Positions 11,244-22,979 of a stretch of DNA of 27,372 nucleotides are shown piece by piece; positions within the stretch are counted from its first letter, which is position 1, and each line of letters begins with the position of its first letter. Both the position numbers and the translations under genes were made by a program. Source of the stretch: Macrostomum lignano (Eukaryota); the NCBI GenBank assembly GCA_002269645.1, contig NIVC01005065.1, positions 1 through 27,372 of the forward strand, written 5' to 3'. Under the pieces are notes generated by a model, which worked only from the letters and a program-made list of their open reading frames with translations, had not been told where the DNA came from and ran no database searches.

Positions 11244-12455
11244 ATGGGCTTTGGAATCTTCTCGAAGGAAGTCAACGATGAGTCCAACGACAGGCTCAAT
11301 CACTTTTTCACCTTTCTACTCCTGCTGTGCTGCGTGGTGATCACCTGCAAACGGCAGTACCTTGGCAGCCCGATCAGCTGCTGGGTGCCCAAGGAGTTCA
11401 CTGAGGCTCACCTGGAGTACACGGAGAGCGCTTGCTGGGCGCTGAACACCTACCATCTGCCGCGCGACCGGCCGATCCCAAAGGGCCTCCCCGAGCGCAA
11501 GGCGGAGGAGCTGCCCTACTACCAGTGGGTGGCCTTCCTGCTGCTGCTCCAGGCCGTCATGTTCCAGCTGCCCAACCTGTTCTGGTCCAACTGTCTGGAT
11601 AGGCGCGGTCTGCGACTTCCACGGGCGCTGCAGCTGGCCACCGACTGTCAAGACCTGCGCAGCAGGCGCGCCCGACGCCAGACTGTGGCGTCAGTGGCCG
11701 GGCATCTCGGCGAAGCGCTGGACGCCGCCGAAGCCAGGTCAGTTGGAGGATCGCGCTGCTGGGCGCAGCTGAACCCCGCCAACAGCCAGCTGTGCAGGGC
11801 CTACCTGGCTACCAAATTGCTCTACATCGGTACCACAGTCTCCCAGTTCTTCATCATTAACTCCTACTTGACAGCCGGCACTCGGACGGTTGCCTACGGC
11901 TTCTCGTTGGCCGTGAATTTGACGCTCGGCCGCGACTGGGAAGAGTCCGGCTATTTTCCCCGCGTGACTTACTGCGACCTGCTCATCCGGGTGCTTGGCA
12001 ACGAGCAGCGGCACACCGTGCAGTGCGTTCTGCAAATCAACCGACTCAACGAGAAGGTCTACGCTCTTCTCTGGTTCTGGCTTTTCGGTCTCGGCTGTCT
12101 GACCGGCCGGAGCTTCATCATCTGGTGCTGGCGGCTTCTGCCCAAGTCTGCTCGGCGCAGATATGTCACCAGACTGCTGCGGATGCGTGGCTGCACCGCT
12201 GGCGGCGGCGGAGTGGGAATTGTCACCTTTACCGATCGGATCGGGCCGGACGGCGTGCTCCTACTGGCTCTCGTTGACAGCAACGCCGGGCCGTCGGCGG
12301 CTGCGGAGATCTGCGAGGAGCTCTGGCGGCGGAGCCGGTCCGCGACAGCAGAGATTGGATCGGTTTTCGCTTCCGCCTCGTCCGACACCGCCTCCGCTTC
12401 TCCATCCGTGGCAGTCGCTACGACAGTTCACTGGGAGGCAGACGATCAGGTTTAG
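11244..12455 (+). CDS. inx: Innexin B, complete intronless coding sequence (403 aa)
   Basis: The start context is ACCATGG. Motifs include DRLNH, RQYLGSPISCWVP.EFT, EYTESACW, YYQWV, YL.TKLLY, DWEESGYFPRVTYCD, HTVQCVLQINRLNEKVY.LLWFW and the C-terminal PDGVLLL.LV..NAG. All four extracellular cysteines and four TM segments are present, with no frameshift or stop. Confidence 0.97.
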   Translation: MGFGIFSKEVNDESNDRLNHFFTFLLLLCCVVITCKRQYLGSPISCWVPKEFTEAHLEYTESACWALNTYHLPRDRPIPKGLPERKAEELPYYQWVAFLLLLQAVMFQLPNLFWSNCLDRRGLRLPRALQLATDCQDLRSRRARRQTVASVAGHLGEALDAAEARSVGGSRCWAQLNPANSQLCRAYLATKLLYIGTTVSQFFIINSYLTAGTRTVAYGFSLAVNLTLGRDWEESGYFPRVTYCDLLIRVLGNEQRHTVQCVLQINRLNEKVYALLWFWLFGLGCLTGRSFIIWCWRLLPKSARRRYVTRLLRMRGCTAGGGGVGIVTFTDRIGPDGVLLLALVDSNAGPSAAAEICEELWRRSRSATAEIGSVFASASSDTASASPSVAVATTVHWEADDQV

Positions 12456-12627
12456 AGGACCATGCAGTCCACTTTCTCGCATCTAAGTCTGCGCTAGGCC
12501 GTTCACTGTCTGCTTGAGATGAAAGGACTCAAAATAGAATCCGTCAGCCGGACTCAGTGGCACTTCTGCTACAGTGTCTGGTTCTATTTGAGCTTTTGCT
12601 GTTGAGCTTTGATGTTGCCGCTTGAAA

Positions 12628-13026
12628 ATCCGCTTCTATCCATGCCTCCACATCCGCTTCTGTCCATGCCTCCACATCCGCTTCTGTCCATGCCTCCACA
12701 TCCGCTTCTGTCCATGCCTCCACATCCGCTTCTGTCCATGCCTCCATCTGCTTCTGTCCATGCCTCCACATCCGCTTCTGTCCATGCCTCCACATCCGCT
12801 TCTGTCCATGCCTCCACATCCGCTTCTGTCCATGCCTCCACATCCGCTTCTGTCCATGCCTCCACATCCGCTTCTGTCCATGCCTCCACATCCGCTTCTG
12901 TCCATGCCTCCACATCTGCTTCTATCCATGCCTCCACATCCGCTTCTGTCCATGCCTCCACATCCGCTTCTGTCCATGCCTCCACATCCGCTTCTGTCCA
13001 TGCCTCCACATCCGCTTCTGTCCATG
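12628..13026 (+). repeat. 24-bp minisatellite (CCATGCCTCCACATCCGCTTCTGT), ~16.5 copies
   Basis: Directly visible tandem unit starting ~170 bp after the innexin B stop codon. Confidence 0.97.
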
Positions 13027-13088
13027 ATTCGCTTCAGACTTTGCTTAAAATTCTTGCCATGCGTGTCTTACTTACCTGTTTTGTTTCT

Positions 13089-13094
13089 ATTAAA
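13089..13094 (+). terminator. Candidate polyadenylation signal (ATTAAA) for innexin B
   Basis: First AATAAA/ATTAAA hexamer I found after the stop codon, in an AT-rich stretch. Confidence 0.3.
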
Positions 13095-14344
13095 ACAAAA
13101 AACGGAATTGTCTTCATTAAGTTTTAAAAAGTCATTGTGTAAAACGAAACTTTTCTTTTGCTTTAGAAATATTGTTTAAAATTATGCCTCAAGATAAGAT
13201 CGCTCGCCAGCAAGGGTTACTGTCTGCCCACTGTAATCTCATTGCTTGTTATTCCCAAAGTCGAAAATATAAAGCACATAATGCTAGAGAAAATTTATCT
13301 CGTGCAGCCTCATAGCAACCGGGTGTTCCTCACCGCACCGCATAAGGAGCTCCACCGCACTTGCCAGCAAGCGACAGTGGACCGCACTGACGGAGAACTT
13401 GAGACGACTTAGAAGCAGCGGGTCTTAAGAGCCGCGGGATTTCCTAGATTGATGCGGGTGGCTGGAGATTGTTTGCGATTGAAGTGCGCTGCCACAGCCT
13501 CAAACCCGGTTCGAAAGTGTGGGGGAGGGAGAGGGGATCAGCTCGGCTGGGAATAAAGCGCGAGAGGAAAACTGTCCCCAGCAGTTGGCCAAAAACTGCA
13601 TCGAGCATCCATCCAAGAGGCATGCTGGCTGCCTGCAGGAGTCTTGACGCGCTTATCAGCGGCAATCCAGAGCTGCGCCTTCGCCAGCCAACGGAAGAGA
13701 GATTCTTGGCGCAGATTTTCTGCAGACTTTCAGCCACCCCTCCTTTCCCTCTCTCTGCTCTCCTTGCCCATCTCACCGTCACCTCTAGCCGAGTCTCCCT
13801 GAGTTCCCAGAGCTCACCCGCGTTGGCCATAAAATTTTCATGACCCATTGCCACCCATCCACTCTGCCGCTGTATCCCTCCAGGTGGGACAGCCTGACTG
13901 ATCCCCATAGGCTTAAAGCCCGTCTGCTGTAAGCGGCTTACCTATAGCCCCAAAAACTGTCAATTCTCAGCTTCAAGTGCATCACCAGCTTAAACGTCTG
14001 CTGGCAAATCCATTGTGCCCACAGTCCATCTCCATCCATATCCGAGAGGCTGTCGCGGCGCTTGCATTGAGCTGCCCTCCCCCTCTCCTCTAAGGAAACT
14101 TTTCCTCAATTCTTGGCCGCACCTGAAAAATGGCTGGCTAGGGGATCCGGGACACTTCAGCGCCTGCGCATTGTCTGCTGAGAAGAATTCTCAAATGAAA
14201 TTGTGTAAAGCTGAGCATTTTAAAAAAACGAGACAAGCGAGAGAAACTGCGATGAACTGATCGCGGAGAGAAGGTGAAAATGGAGACTAGTGGAGAGGAG
14301 GAAGGAATAAGAAAACAGGACTGGCTTGAGAGCGGGCAATAGAT

Positions 14345-14960
14345 GGGAGTGAGGGAGAGAGGTAGAGAGTGAGATTAAAGGAGGGAGAGTGAGGGAGGGG
14401 TGAGGAAGGAATGAGGGAGGAGAGTGAGAGTGAGAGGAAAAGTGGAGGGGGAGAGGGAGCGGAGGGAGGGAGAGGGAGCGGAGGGAGGGAGAGGGAGCCG
14501 AGGGAGGGAGCGGGAGCCGAAGGAGTGAGAAGGAGCTGAGGGAGGGAGAGGGAGCCGAAGGAGGGAGAGGGAGGGAGAGGGAGCCGAGGGAGGGAGAGGG
14601 AGCCGAGGGAGGGAGCGGGAGCGAAGGGAGGGAGAGGGAGCTGAGGGAGGGAGAGGGAGCCGAGGGAGGGAGCGGGAGCGAAGGGAGGGAGAGGGAGCTG
14701 AGGGAGGGAGAGGGAGCCGAGGGAGGGAGCGGGAGCGAAGGGAGGGAGAGGGAGCTGAGGGAGGGAGAGGGAGCTGAGGGAGGGAGAGGGAGCCGAGGGA
14801 GGGAGAGGGAGCCGAGGGAGGGAGCGGGAGCGAAGGGAGGGAGAGGGAGCTGAGGGAGGGAGAGGGAGCCGAGGGAGGGAGCGGGAGCCGAAGGAGTGAG
14901 AAGTAGCCGAGGGAGGGAGAAGGAGCTGAGGGAGGGAGAAGGAGCTGAGGGAGGGAGAGG
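14345..14960 (+). repeat. Polypurine composite minisatellite built from ~19-bp GAGGGAGGGAGAGGGAGC(C/T)-type units
   Basis: G/A-rich tandem units with ~57-bp higher-order periodicity. The Pro/Ser/Leu ORFs on the minus strand are by-products. Confidence 0.9.
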
Positions 14961-15534
14961 GACCAACTTTTCATCAATATTGTGAAGGGTTTCATAAACT
15001 GCAGGCAGTGCTGAGTCCAGCTGCAATATGTATTTTTATATTAATTTACGAGTATAGGCTACAATTGTGAAATTTGACAACAGTTACACATGTTTTCGAG
15101 CTGAACCAACGTCTCAACTTTTCACCCTTATATTTTGGGGCTCATCTGTTAAGACTCGCACCTTTGGTCACGAGGTGTTTGGGTAAAGGCTAGCGGGGAC
15201 TGGAAGAGAAGGGAGACGTATTCGCAGGAGGGCTGTTCGCACCCGGCCACAACACGTTCGGCGAAATCTTTTCACAATACGGGCTTCTTGAGTAGCTTAT
15301 TGTCATATCTTTATGGCCGGAGACCGACACTAATCTGCTTCGGGCCTGACAGATGGACACCAGGACTGCGCAGCTGCGCCCCTCGATTTTGAATTATTCA
15401 ATCGAATCAGAACAGCTGCTCCGTACACAGTGCGAACTTGTCTTCTTTCCACCCGAGCTCGTGATGGCATTTTCTGCTTTCTCTCTGTTTTCTGCATCTT
15501 TTTCCGTTCTCTGTCCTCGTTTCTCATAAACATA

Positions 15535-15730
15535 AATATTCGTAGGAGGGCTGCGGTCACATTGGCGCAACCGGCGCTGGCCGAAATTCTGCCCATTCCT
15601 CCTGAGTACACACAAGAGCGCTAATACTGTACGCAGTCACGCACTCATACACCGCTCACGCAGGGTGTACAGAGCCCCTGACTTTCCAATCGTCAGGCAT
15701 TGTAAACTCTTTGTGTCTTGGTGGTTTGAG
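15535..15730. repeat. Unnamed dispersed repeat, copy 2 (hairpin core 15649-15716); a partial upstream duplicate lies at 15219-15280
   Basis: Aligns with 3801-3975. TATTCG(C/T)AGGAGGGCTG occurs at both 15219 and 15537. Confidence 0.8.
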
Positions 15731-16369
15731 ATTAGGAAAACTTATTGAAAAAGTTGATCCCCAACAAAAACTATTTCTACAATGCTAAAAAGCCAACGAA
15801 TGAGAGAACCAGAGTTTTTCGAGGGGATTTTTTCGGATGGGGAGTTCGCAGTGCCGAAGAGGTGGGGATAAAGTTTTCCACAGTTTTCCACGCGCCTCAC
15901 GGCCGTGGCATTGCTGGCCTGACAAACTTCCGGGCCCGGGCTGGGGGTGGCTGACGAGCAGTGTGGGGGCAGAGTTATTTCACTCAGTCAATCTCAACGC
16001 AGCCTGGGCAGAGCGACTGCCAAGAGGAAATGGCACGGGAAGGCGGTGGAGAGACCCCCATCAGGGTGCCGGGCTGTGCTCGCCAGATAGTTAATTGCAG
16101 ATATAAGCCCAAATATCGCTTATATATATATCAATCGGTGCGACTGACAACTGCTAGAAAAATATGGGATGAAAGCTTTCGAATTGATTGAAGTTGGCAA
16201 GACAGCGGGGTCAAAATGGAGTCAACTGTATCGTTACTCATTATAATAATTGGCTTTTTATGGCTCGATTTTTCATAAAGCAATATCAGTTCAGTGACAC
16301 CCAAGTTCTGGTGCTAAATAGAGAGAAATACTATCGCCAAAAGTTAGTATATGGAAGAAAGAGAATGAG

Positions 16370-16600
16370 AAGAGAGTAGGGAGAGGGTTGGACGGGTAGC
16401 GAGTAAGGGGAAGGGAGAAGGGGAGAGGAGTAGAAAGAAAGGAAGGGAGAGAGAAAGGGGAAGGGAGAGGGGAGAGGGGTAGAGAGAAAGGGGAAGAGAG
16501 AGGGCAGAGAGAAAGGGAAGGGAGAGGGGAGAGGGGCAGAGAGAAAGGGGAAGGGAGAGGGAAGAGGGGTAGCGAGAAAGGGGAAGGGGAGAGCTGAAAA
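16370..16600 (+). repeat. Polypurine (GA-rich) low-complexity tandem repeat, ~33-bp unit
   Basis: Repeated GAGAGAAAGGGGAAGGGAGAGGG-like units. Confidence 0.85.
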
Positions 16601-17189
16601 GGAATTAAAAGTGGAGCAGCGTGAAGTGTCTACGGCAGCAGAGAGGGCGGGAGAGTCGGAAAAGCCAGTTGCGTATCAAAAAGCCAGGCAGGCATCGGAA
16701 GTTCACGCACGAGCGCAGACTTCCACATGAGAGTTGGTACAGAATTATGCGGCATGAAATCCATCTGAGCTCACTCCCCTTGAGCACTGACATTCCGTTT
16801 GAGACATGCGATCCAGTTCGCGTGTCAGTGGAGCGAGGCTAACTAACCAGAGTGAACGCGAGACAAAGGCCGCGGCCGCCGCCAGTTACACGGGAAAAAT
16901 GTCGGGGCGCTAGAACACCGCAACAGACGCAGAATGGTTTCAGTTTCGGCTTTTTGAGGGCAAGCTTCTACTTACTTTGCCCTGTCAATTATTCGCTTGA
17001 GTTGGTTGGCTTGAGACGGAAGACATTCTGAAGGCCTTAGACATCTCTGCCACATTGGTTAGTCACATAGTGTAGCCGCAAGGCTAGTTGCAAGTGGACA
17101 AAAGGTAAGTATTGTAATTATGCTCAATTCACATACATGCTTCAAGACATGGTGCAAGAACACACACAGGTGTTACAGCAAGTGCGCAG

Positions 17190-17256
17190 GCACACGCTAT
17201 CACAGGGTGTACAGTGCCCTGACTTTCTCCTAGTCAGGCATGAGCACGCTCTGTGC
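17190..17256. repeat. Unnamed dispersed repeat, copy 3 (hairpin core only)
   Basis: GCACACGCTATCACAGGGTGTACAGTGCCCTGACTTTCTCCTAGTCAGGCATGAGCACGCTCTGTGC aligns with the cores of copies 1 and 2. Confidence 0.8.
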
Positions 17257-18089
17257 AATGTGACGGCACACGTAATCGAGCTCAAGTACTTTGGAGCGAT
17301 AGTTCACCACTCACCACTCAGCCACCTCGCTAATTATTGCTTTGCTGGGTTGCTCTGAGGATTCATGTAGAACAGATAGGGGGAATAAAGAACCCTGAAG
17401 ACGTTTCAGGACAAAAATGCTTGACAAGCAATACTGACTGGCGCGAGAGGGCAGGGCTGAATCCGGCTGGATTCCATACAAATTACTTCAGCATCTGGCC
17501 AATTAAAAAGAATAAAATGCAGAAGAATGCTCTGAGAACCCGGTCGCAGGAAGCACACCTGTGAGCCGATTGAGGGGGTGGCTGTGGGATGCTCTCTTTC
17601 AGACGACGAGAAAAAAATCCCAGGGGAAAAGAGGTGGAAGAAGAAAAGACGGATGAATGGCCGGGGCGAAAAATGTCAGGGCGAGAAGACAAACAACAGC
17701 CGCCCCTCCCCTGCCATGGTAGATGGGGAGAGAATTGAGACAAAAGCTCTCCACGCGGAAGTTGTCACGGCGCAGCTGTCGGTCACGCGAGCTTCCATCA
17801 CCGCCTCAGCGACCTTGTCGTACCCATAGAATCTGGAAACTGTGGCTCAGTTGCTTTTTCCCCTTTATTTTAGCTTTTTCTGTTAGCTCGATTGACACGG
17901 CTCGATTAGACACGCTTCAGGTCAGGACCAGGGGTTCGATTTGAGGATTGCGCAATTTTCTTTCATGAGCACCAATCCGCGAGGCACAGAGAGAGTACAT
18001 GCCTAATGATGAGAAAGCCGCTGTGCACTCTGAGTGAGTGAGTGCGTGTGTGTACGTACCCGTGAGCACGTCTGTGCTCAGGGTCAGAT

Positions 18090-18410
18090 GCTAATAATTA
18101 CAATACAATGTTTGATTACACCTGCCCCAATTGTGCCAAATGTGCAACCGACTGCTCAGCGGCAGCTATTGCGCGGCGCATCTGAAGGCTGCGTACGGCT
18201 GTTCAGTCCAAGGACTGGGGGGGGGAGGTCGCCACACACATTCTCAATTGCCCCAGCTAATGCTGGCACCCATTTTACAGCTGGGTGAACTGAAGCAATG
18301 CAGAGTGAAGTGTCTTGCTCAAGGACACAAATTGTTGCGAGTGGGTCGAGAATCGAACCCCCGACCTTTCAGTCGAAAGACCGATGCTCTAAGCACTAGG
18401 CTACAACCCC
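18090..18410 (-). mobile_element. tRNA-derived SINE with a CORE/MIR-like central domain
   Basis: The minus strand reads GGGGTTG-TAGCCTAGTGCTTAG (box A-like)...GGTTCGATTC (box B), then TGTGTCCTTGAGCAAGACACTTCACTCTGCATTGCTTCAGTTCACCCAGCTGTAAAATGGG, which resembles the conserved CORE-SINE/MIR core. An AT-rich tail lies near 18090-18110; the 3' boundary is approximate. Confidence 0.85.
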
Positions 18411-19539
18411 TTTGGTCAGAGGTCAGAGCAATGAGCATTCATGTGACTGCTCGGAGTGCTCGCCCCTCCTCGCTAGCGGCGGGGCGACTGTCGTTTTGAT
18501 TTCTAGAAGCGCTCAAGGCCTACTGCAACTAAATGAGATCCCTGAAATTTGCGAGAGGAATTTGAGAGGAAAACATTCCGACTGTACTTTTAATTTGGTA
18601 ATCAGATGTTTTTAATACAAAATTCTAGACAGAAAACAGTCTTTATTTTGCTATCTTTCCTCCGCACTCAAAGCGATATCTCTTTCGAGTGAAATTTAGA
18701 GTTTCCCAGGACCGGCGAAGCACTTGAAAAGCTCCGGCCGGGAGACAAAAAAAACAGCAGGGACCTCTTTCATCATCAAAGTGGGGAAGAGCCGGTCGAT
18801 GGAGACCTTGGATCCCCTTGCCAACAGAATCTGATCCCCGATCCCAGAGCCCATCATGACTGTTTTGAGACGGATATTTGAGCCGAAGCGGGGCTGATTT
18901 TTAAAGAAGCAAGTCGATCTCAGCAGACCTTGTGGCAGGTGAAGGAGCGCAGATTAATGGAAGTTGAAGAGCTGTGGGATTGTAAATTCCTTCGGGACTT
19001 GAGGCACCTTTCCACGGGAGAGAATGCACTTCACTGCGCAGCAACCCCCACCGTTTCGCCCTCTGCTCCTGGGTTGCAAAATTTTTTTAAACACTCCAAG
19101 AGCAACTTTCTTCTCTCAGACCCAGATCTCCGAGGAAGGTGCCATCTCAATGCTCTTCGCACGTACCTCATGCCTATGAATGTAGTGCAGATACACGCAA
19201 GCCAGAAGCATAGCTCGTATACGCTCGTATGCGATTATATATTTCCACAAGTCTAAATCCTCTTCACCTTACCATCGCTTCTTAGCATCGTGCGTTGCGT
19301 TGCGTCTTCCTTACTCTTCCCTCTCTCTTTCTCTCCCTCATCCACCTTGCCCCGCCGTCCAAATCCCAGCCTCTCACCCGCCGCATCATCCGCACTACTC
19401 AGGCGTGGAACTGAAAGCTATCTGCCCCACCCCTCAGCAATCCGGCATACCACTTACCCTCAACTGAGTGAGGGAAGGGGCAGAGGTGCCTTACCCGGGC
19501 TATGGCAGGAATAAAAAATATTTGTAACCACGGAGGAGA

Positions 19540-20646
19540 CTCACTCTGGGGTGGGAGGGGGTCAGCTCAGTCTGGGGTGGGAGGGGGTCAGCTCACTCTG
19601 GGGTGGGAGGCGGTCAGCTCACTCTGGGGTGGGAGGGGGTCAGCTCACTCTGGGGTAGAAGGGGTTCAGCTCAGTCTGGGGTAGAAGGGGTTCAGCTCAG
19701 TCTGGGGTGGGAGGGGTTCAGTTCACTCTGGGGTGGGAGGGGGTCAGCTCACTCTGGGGTAGAATGGGTTCAGCTCACTCTGGGGTGGGAGGGGTTCAGT
19801 TCACTCTGGGGTGGGAGGGGGTCAGCTCACTCTGGGGTAGAATGGGTTCAGCTCACTCTGGGGTGGGAGGGATTCAGTTCACTCTGGGGTGGGAGGGGGT
19901 CAGCTCACTTTGGGGTGGGAGGGGTTCAGCTCACTCTGGGGTAGAAGGGGTTCAGCTCAGTCTGGGGTGGGAGGGGGTCAGCTCACTCTGGGTAGAAGGG
20001 GTTCAGCTCAGTCTGGGGTGGGAGGGGGTCAGCTCACTCTGGGGTAGAAGGGGTTCAGCTCAGTCTGGGGTGGGAGGGGGTCAGCTCACTCTGGGGTAGA
20101 AGGGGTTCAGCTCACTCTGGGTAGAAAGGGGTCAGCTCACTCTGGGGTGGGAGGGATTCAGTTCACTCTGGGGTGTGAGGGGGTCAGCTCACTCTGGGTA
20201 GAAAGGGGTCAGCTCACTCTGGGGTGGGAGGGATTCAGTTCACTCTGGGGTGTGAGGGGGTCAGCTCACTCTGGGTGGGAGGGGTCAGCTCACTCTGGGG
20301 TAGAAAGGGGTCAGCTCACTCTGGGTAGAAAGGGGTCAGCTCACTCTGGGGTGGGAGGGATTCAGTTCACTCTGGGGTGTGAGGGGTCAGCTCACTCTGG
20401 GGTGGGAGGGGGTCAGCTCACTCTGGGGTGGGAGGGGTTCAGCTCACTCTGGGGTAGAAAGGGGTCAGCTCACTCTGGGTAGAAAGGGGTCAGCTCACTC
20501 TGGGGTGGGAGGGGTCAGCTCACTCTGGGGTGGGAGGGGTCAGCTCACTCTGGGGTGGGAGGGGTCAGCTCAGTCTGGGGTGGGAGGGGTCAGCTCACTC
20601 TGGGGTGGGAGGGGTCAGCTCACTCTGGGGTGGGAGGGGTCAGCTC
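19540..20646 (+). repeat. G-rich ~26-bp minisatellite (CAGCTCACTCTGGGGTGGGAGGGGGT), ~43 copies
   Basis: Directly visible. GTGGGAGG and GTAGAA(G/T/A)GG variants are interspersed. Confidence 0.97.
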
Positions 20647-21974
20647 CGGTCTTGAGGGTCTTAGTGTTATTATTTAAGCTTCTCCGCTCTGTAATTCCTA
20701 CCTCGAAATTTCTCTGTTCCACCGCAGTGTCCCCAATCTCAACCCTCTCTCTGATTACCCATCTACTTGATGTAGAATAATTATTTAGTTATCAGTGTGC
20801 AATTTCAATTCTAGTATATACAGTAAATCGCTGCCTGAAAACAGGCATGCACTCTGATTTTAATTGAGGGCAACTCGCTCGAACCCGCACCCTGCTTACT
20901 GTTGAGGGGCCAGCTAAAGAAAATTTTGTCGAACCGTTTTTGCAGAGATATTAGCCGACAAGATTTAATCAGACTTTACAACTCCCCCCCCGAAAGCCCG
21001 AAAGATATCAGCTTATAGGCTTATAGGTAACTGAACTTAATCAGGTGAACTGGAGCAGTCAGCCGCAGCATTTCTCAGTCTTTTAAGCACAAGTCTATAA
21101 GCGGTTCTGTCCGAGAATGGCCGGGAACCGGGAACTTAGGTCCTGCACTGCCCCCAGCCAGTTCCGCTATTATTATTCGGCCAAGCTCGAGTTCACTTGA
21201 AATTCTCTTAGATGGAAGCCGAGTACACTGCTCTGGTTTCTCCTTCCCGAGCGACTCGGAAGTCAATGAGGGAGTGCTCCCGTTGAATGGGACCCTCACG
21301 TCCCAGAGTGAACCGTCAAGGTGAGTCCAACCCCCACCTGTCCTTACCGATCAAATTCCTCAACAAATATGTTTCTCCAACCCAGCCTGGTAACAAAATT
21401 CTAATGGATGCTGCAGCCATTGCGATCAGGTTTCGGCCGGCTTGCACTGGCAATCGATTCGATATGATCGAACTTCCAGCATCAGGCCAGCGGCCGGGAA
21501 TCTCATAAATAGATGCAAACCGAACAGAAATAAGGGGGGGGGCACAGACATATGCCGAATTCGAAAAGAACTTCTACTAATTATTCGGCAAAGCTTTGAC
21601 TTTCTCCCGCACTCACCCTGCCGCATATTTCTGGCTTTGATTTCAGCCGCCTGCTGGTTAGAGTCCTGAGCGGAGAAATGGGGAGGAGAGGAGAAGGTGG
21701 GGCTCTCGGCCTGCTAGTCAACTTCGGTATCAACTCTGCCGAGTGCTCAGCTTGGCTGCAAATTCTATTACTGCTCGGCCAGCCCGGCCACCCAGCGGCC
21801 GGCGGCTTGAGCAGCAGGGCCGCCCTTGCCTGTTTGTCTCTGGGAGTCCGCGGGAGCTCCTGGGACTTCGTCTACCCTGCGGCTGGCTCTGGCTGAGCCT
21901 ATCTGCTCATTCCCGGTGCGTTTCTTTGCTGTGCTAATTTCTGCGTCTCGGAGTACCCTGCGCAGTGTACTGTG

Positions 21975-22590
<616 letters not shown>

Positions 22591-22979
22591 TCAACATATA
22601 AAGAATGCCGAACCTGGAAAAAGACCTTCTGGGCCCTCGGGCTGTGCGGTGGTCGATGTCACGGTAATACGGGCTCTCATCCATTCAATACATTCGCGCA
22701 AAATTAATTAGAGATTTTCGAAATCCTTTTCTGTCTGTTTTATACTATTTCAGGCTGCTTTCATGCTGTCTGTAAGGACGCAGGTGATGGTGAACTTGAA
22801 GGCTCCAATCCGATGTAGCTTGAGTGTCAACTCCGAGAAATGAGCTGAAAAGCATTGGTGTCATCTGTGTTTGAAATTTTTGAGTAGTATATATACTGGG
22901 TACTAATAAGATTTCGATAAAAATCACAGTAAGGTATCGCTGCCAGGAAGAGAGGGGAATCAGAGGGCGGGCGATAAGG

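Noticed and set aside
11244-12455. Intronless innexin as a viral innexin (vinnexin) or horizontal transfer
   Set aside because: There are no viral genes or integration signatures nearby, and a host-type paralogue is adjacent.
13379-13394. GGACCGCACTGACGGA resembling the LINE 3' region GGACCGCGCTGCGGA near 27313
   Set aside because: The match is too short to exclude chance, and I saw no extended alignment.
15676-15700. Hammerhead-like CTGACGA-TTG-GAAA on the minus strand of hairpin copy 2; also CTGATGAG at 2652 and CTGACGAG near 23665
   Set aside because: There is no stem II/III or cleavage triplet geometry, and the CUGANGA core is not conserved in copies 1 and 3.
17883-17945. Pol III box A/box B-like pair (TAGCTCGATTG...GGTTCGATT)
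   Set aside because: There is no cloverleaf or SINE core, and box A is a poor match.
18060-18082. TGAGCACGTCTGTGC resembling the 3' side of hairpin copy 3
   Set aside because: Only ~15 bp match and the CTGAC/GTCAG core is absent, so it is not counted as a copy.
18338-18410. Functional tRNA gene
   Set aside because: The acceptor and anticodon arms are imperfect and the sequence runs directly into a SINE core, so it is a SINE head.
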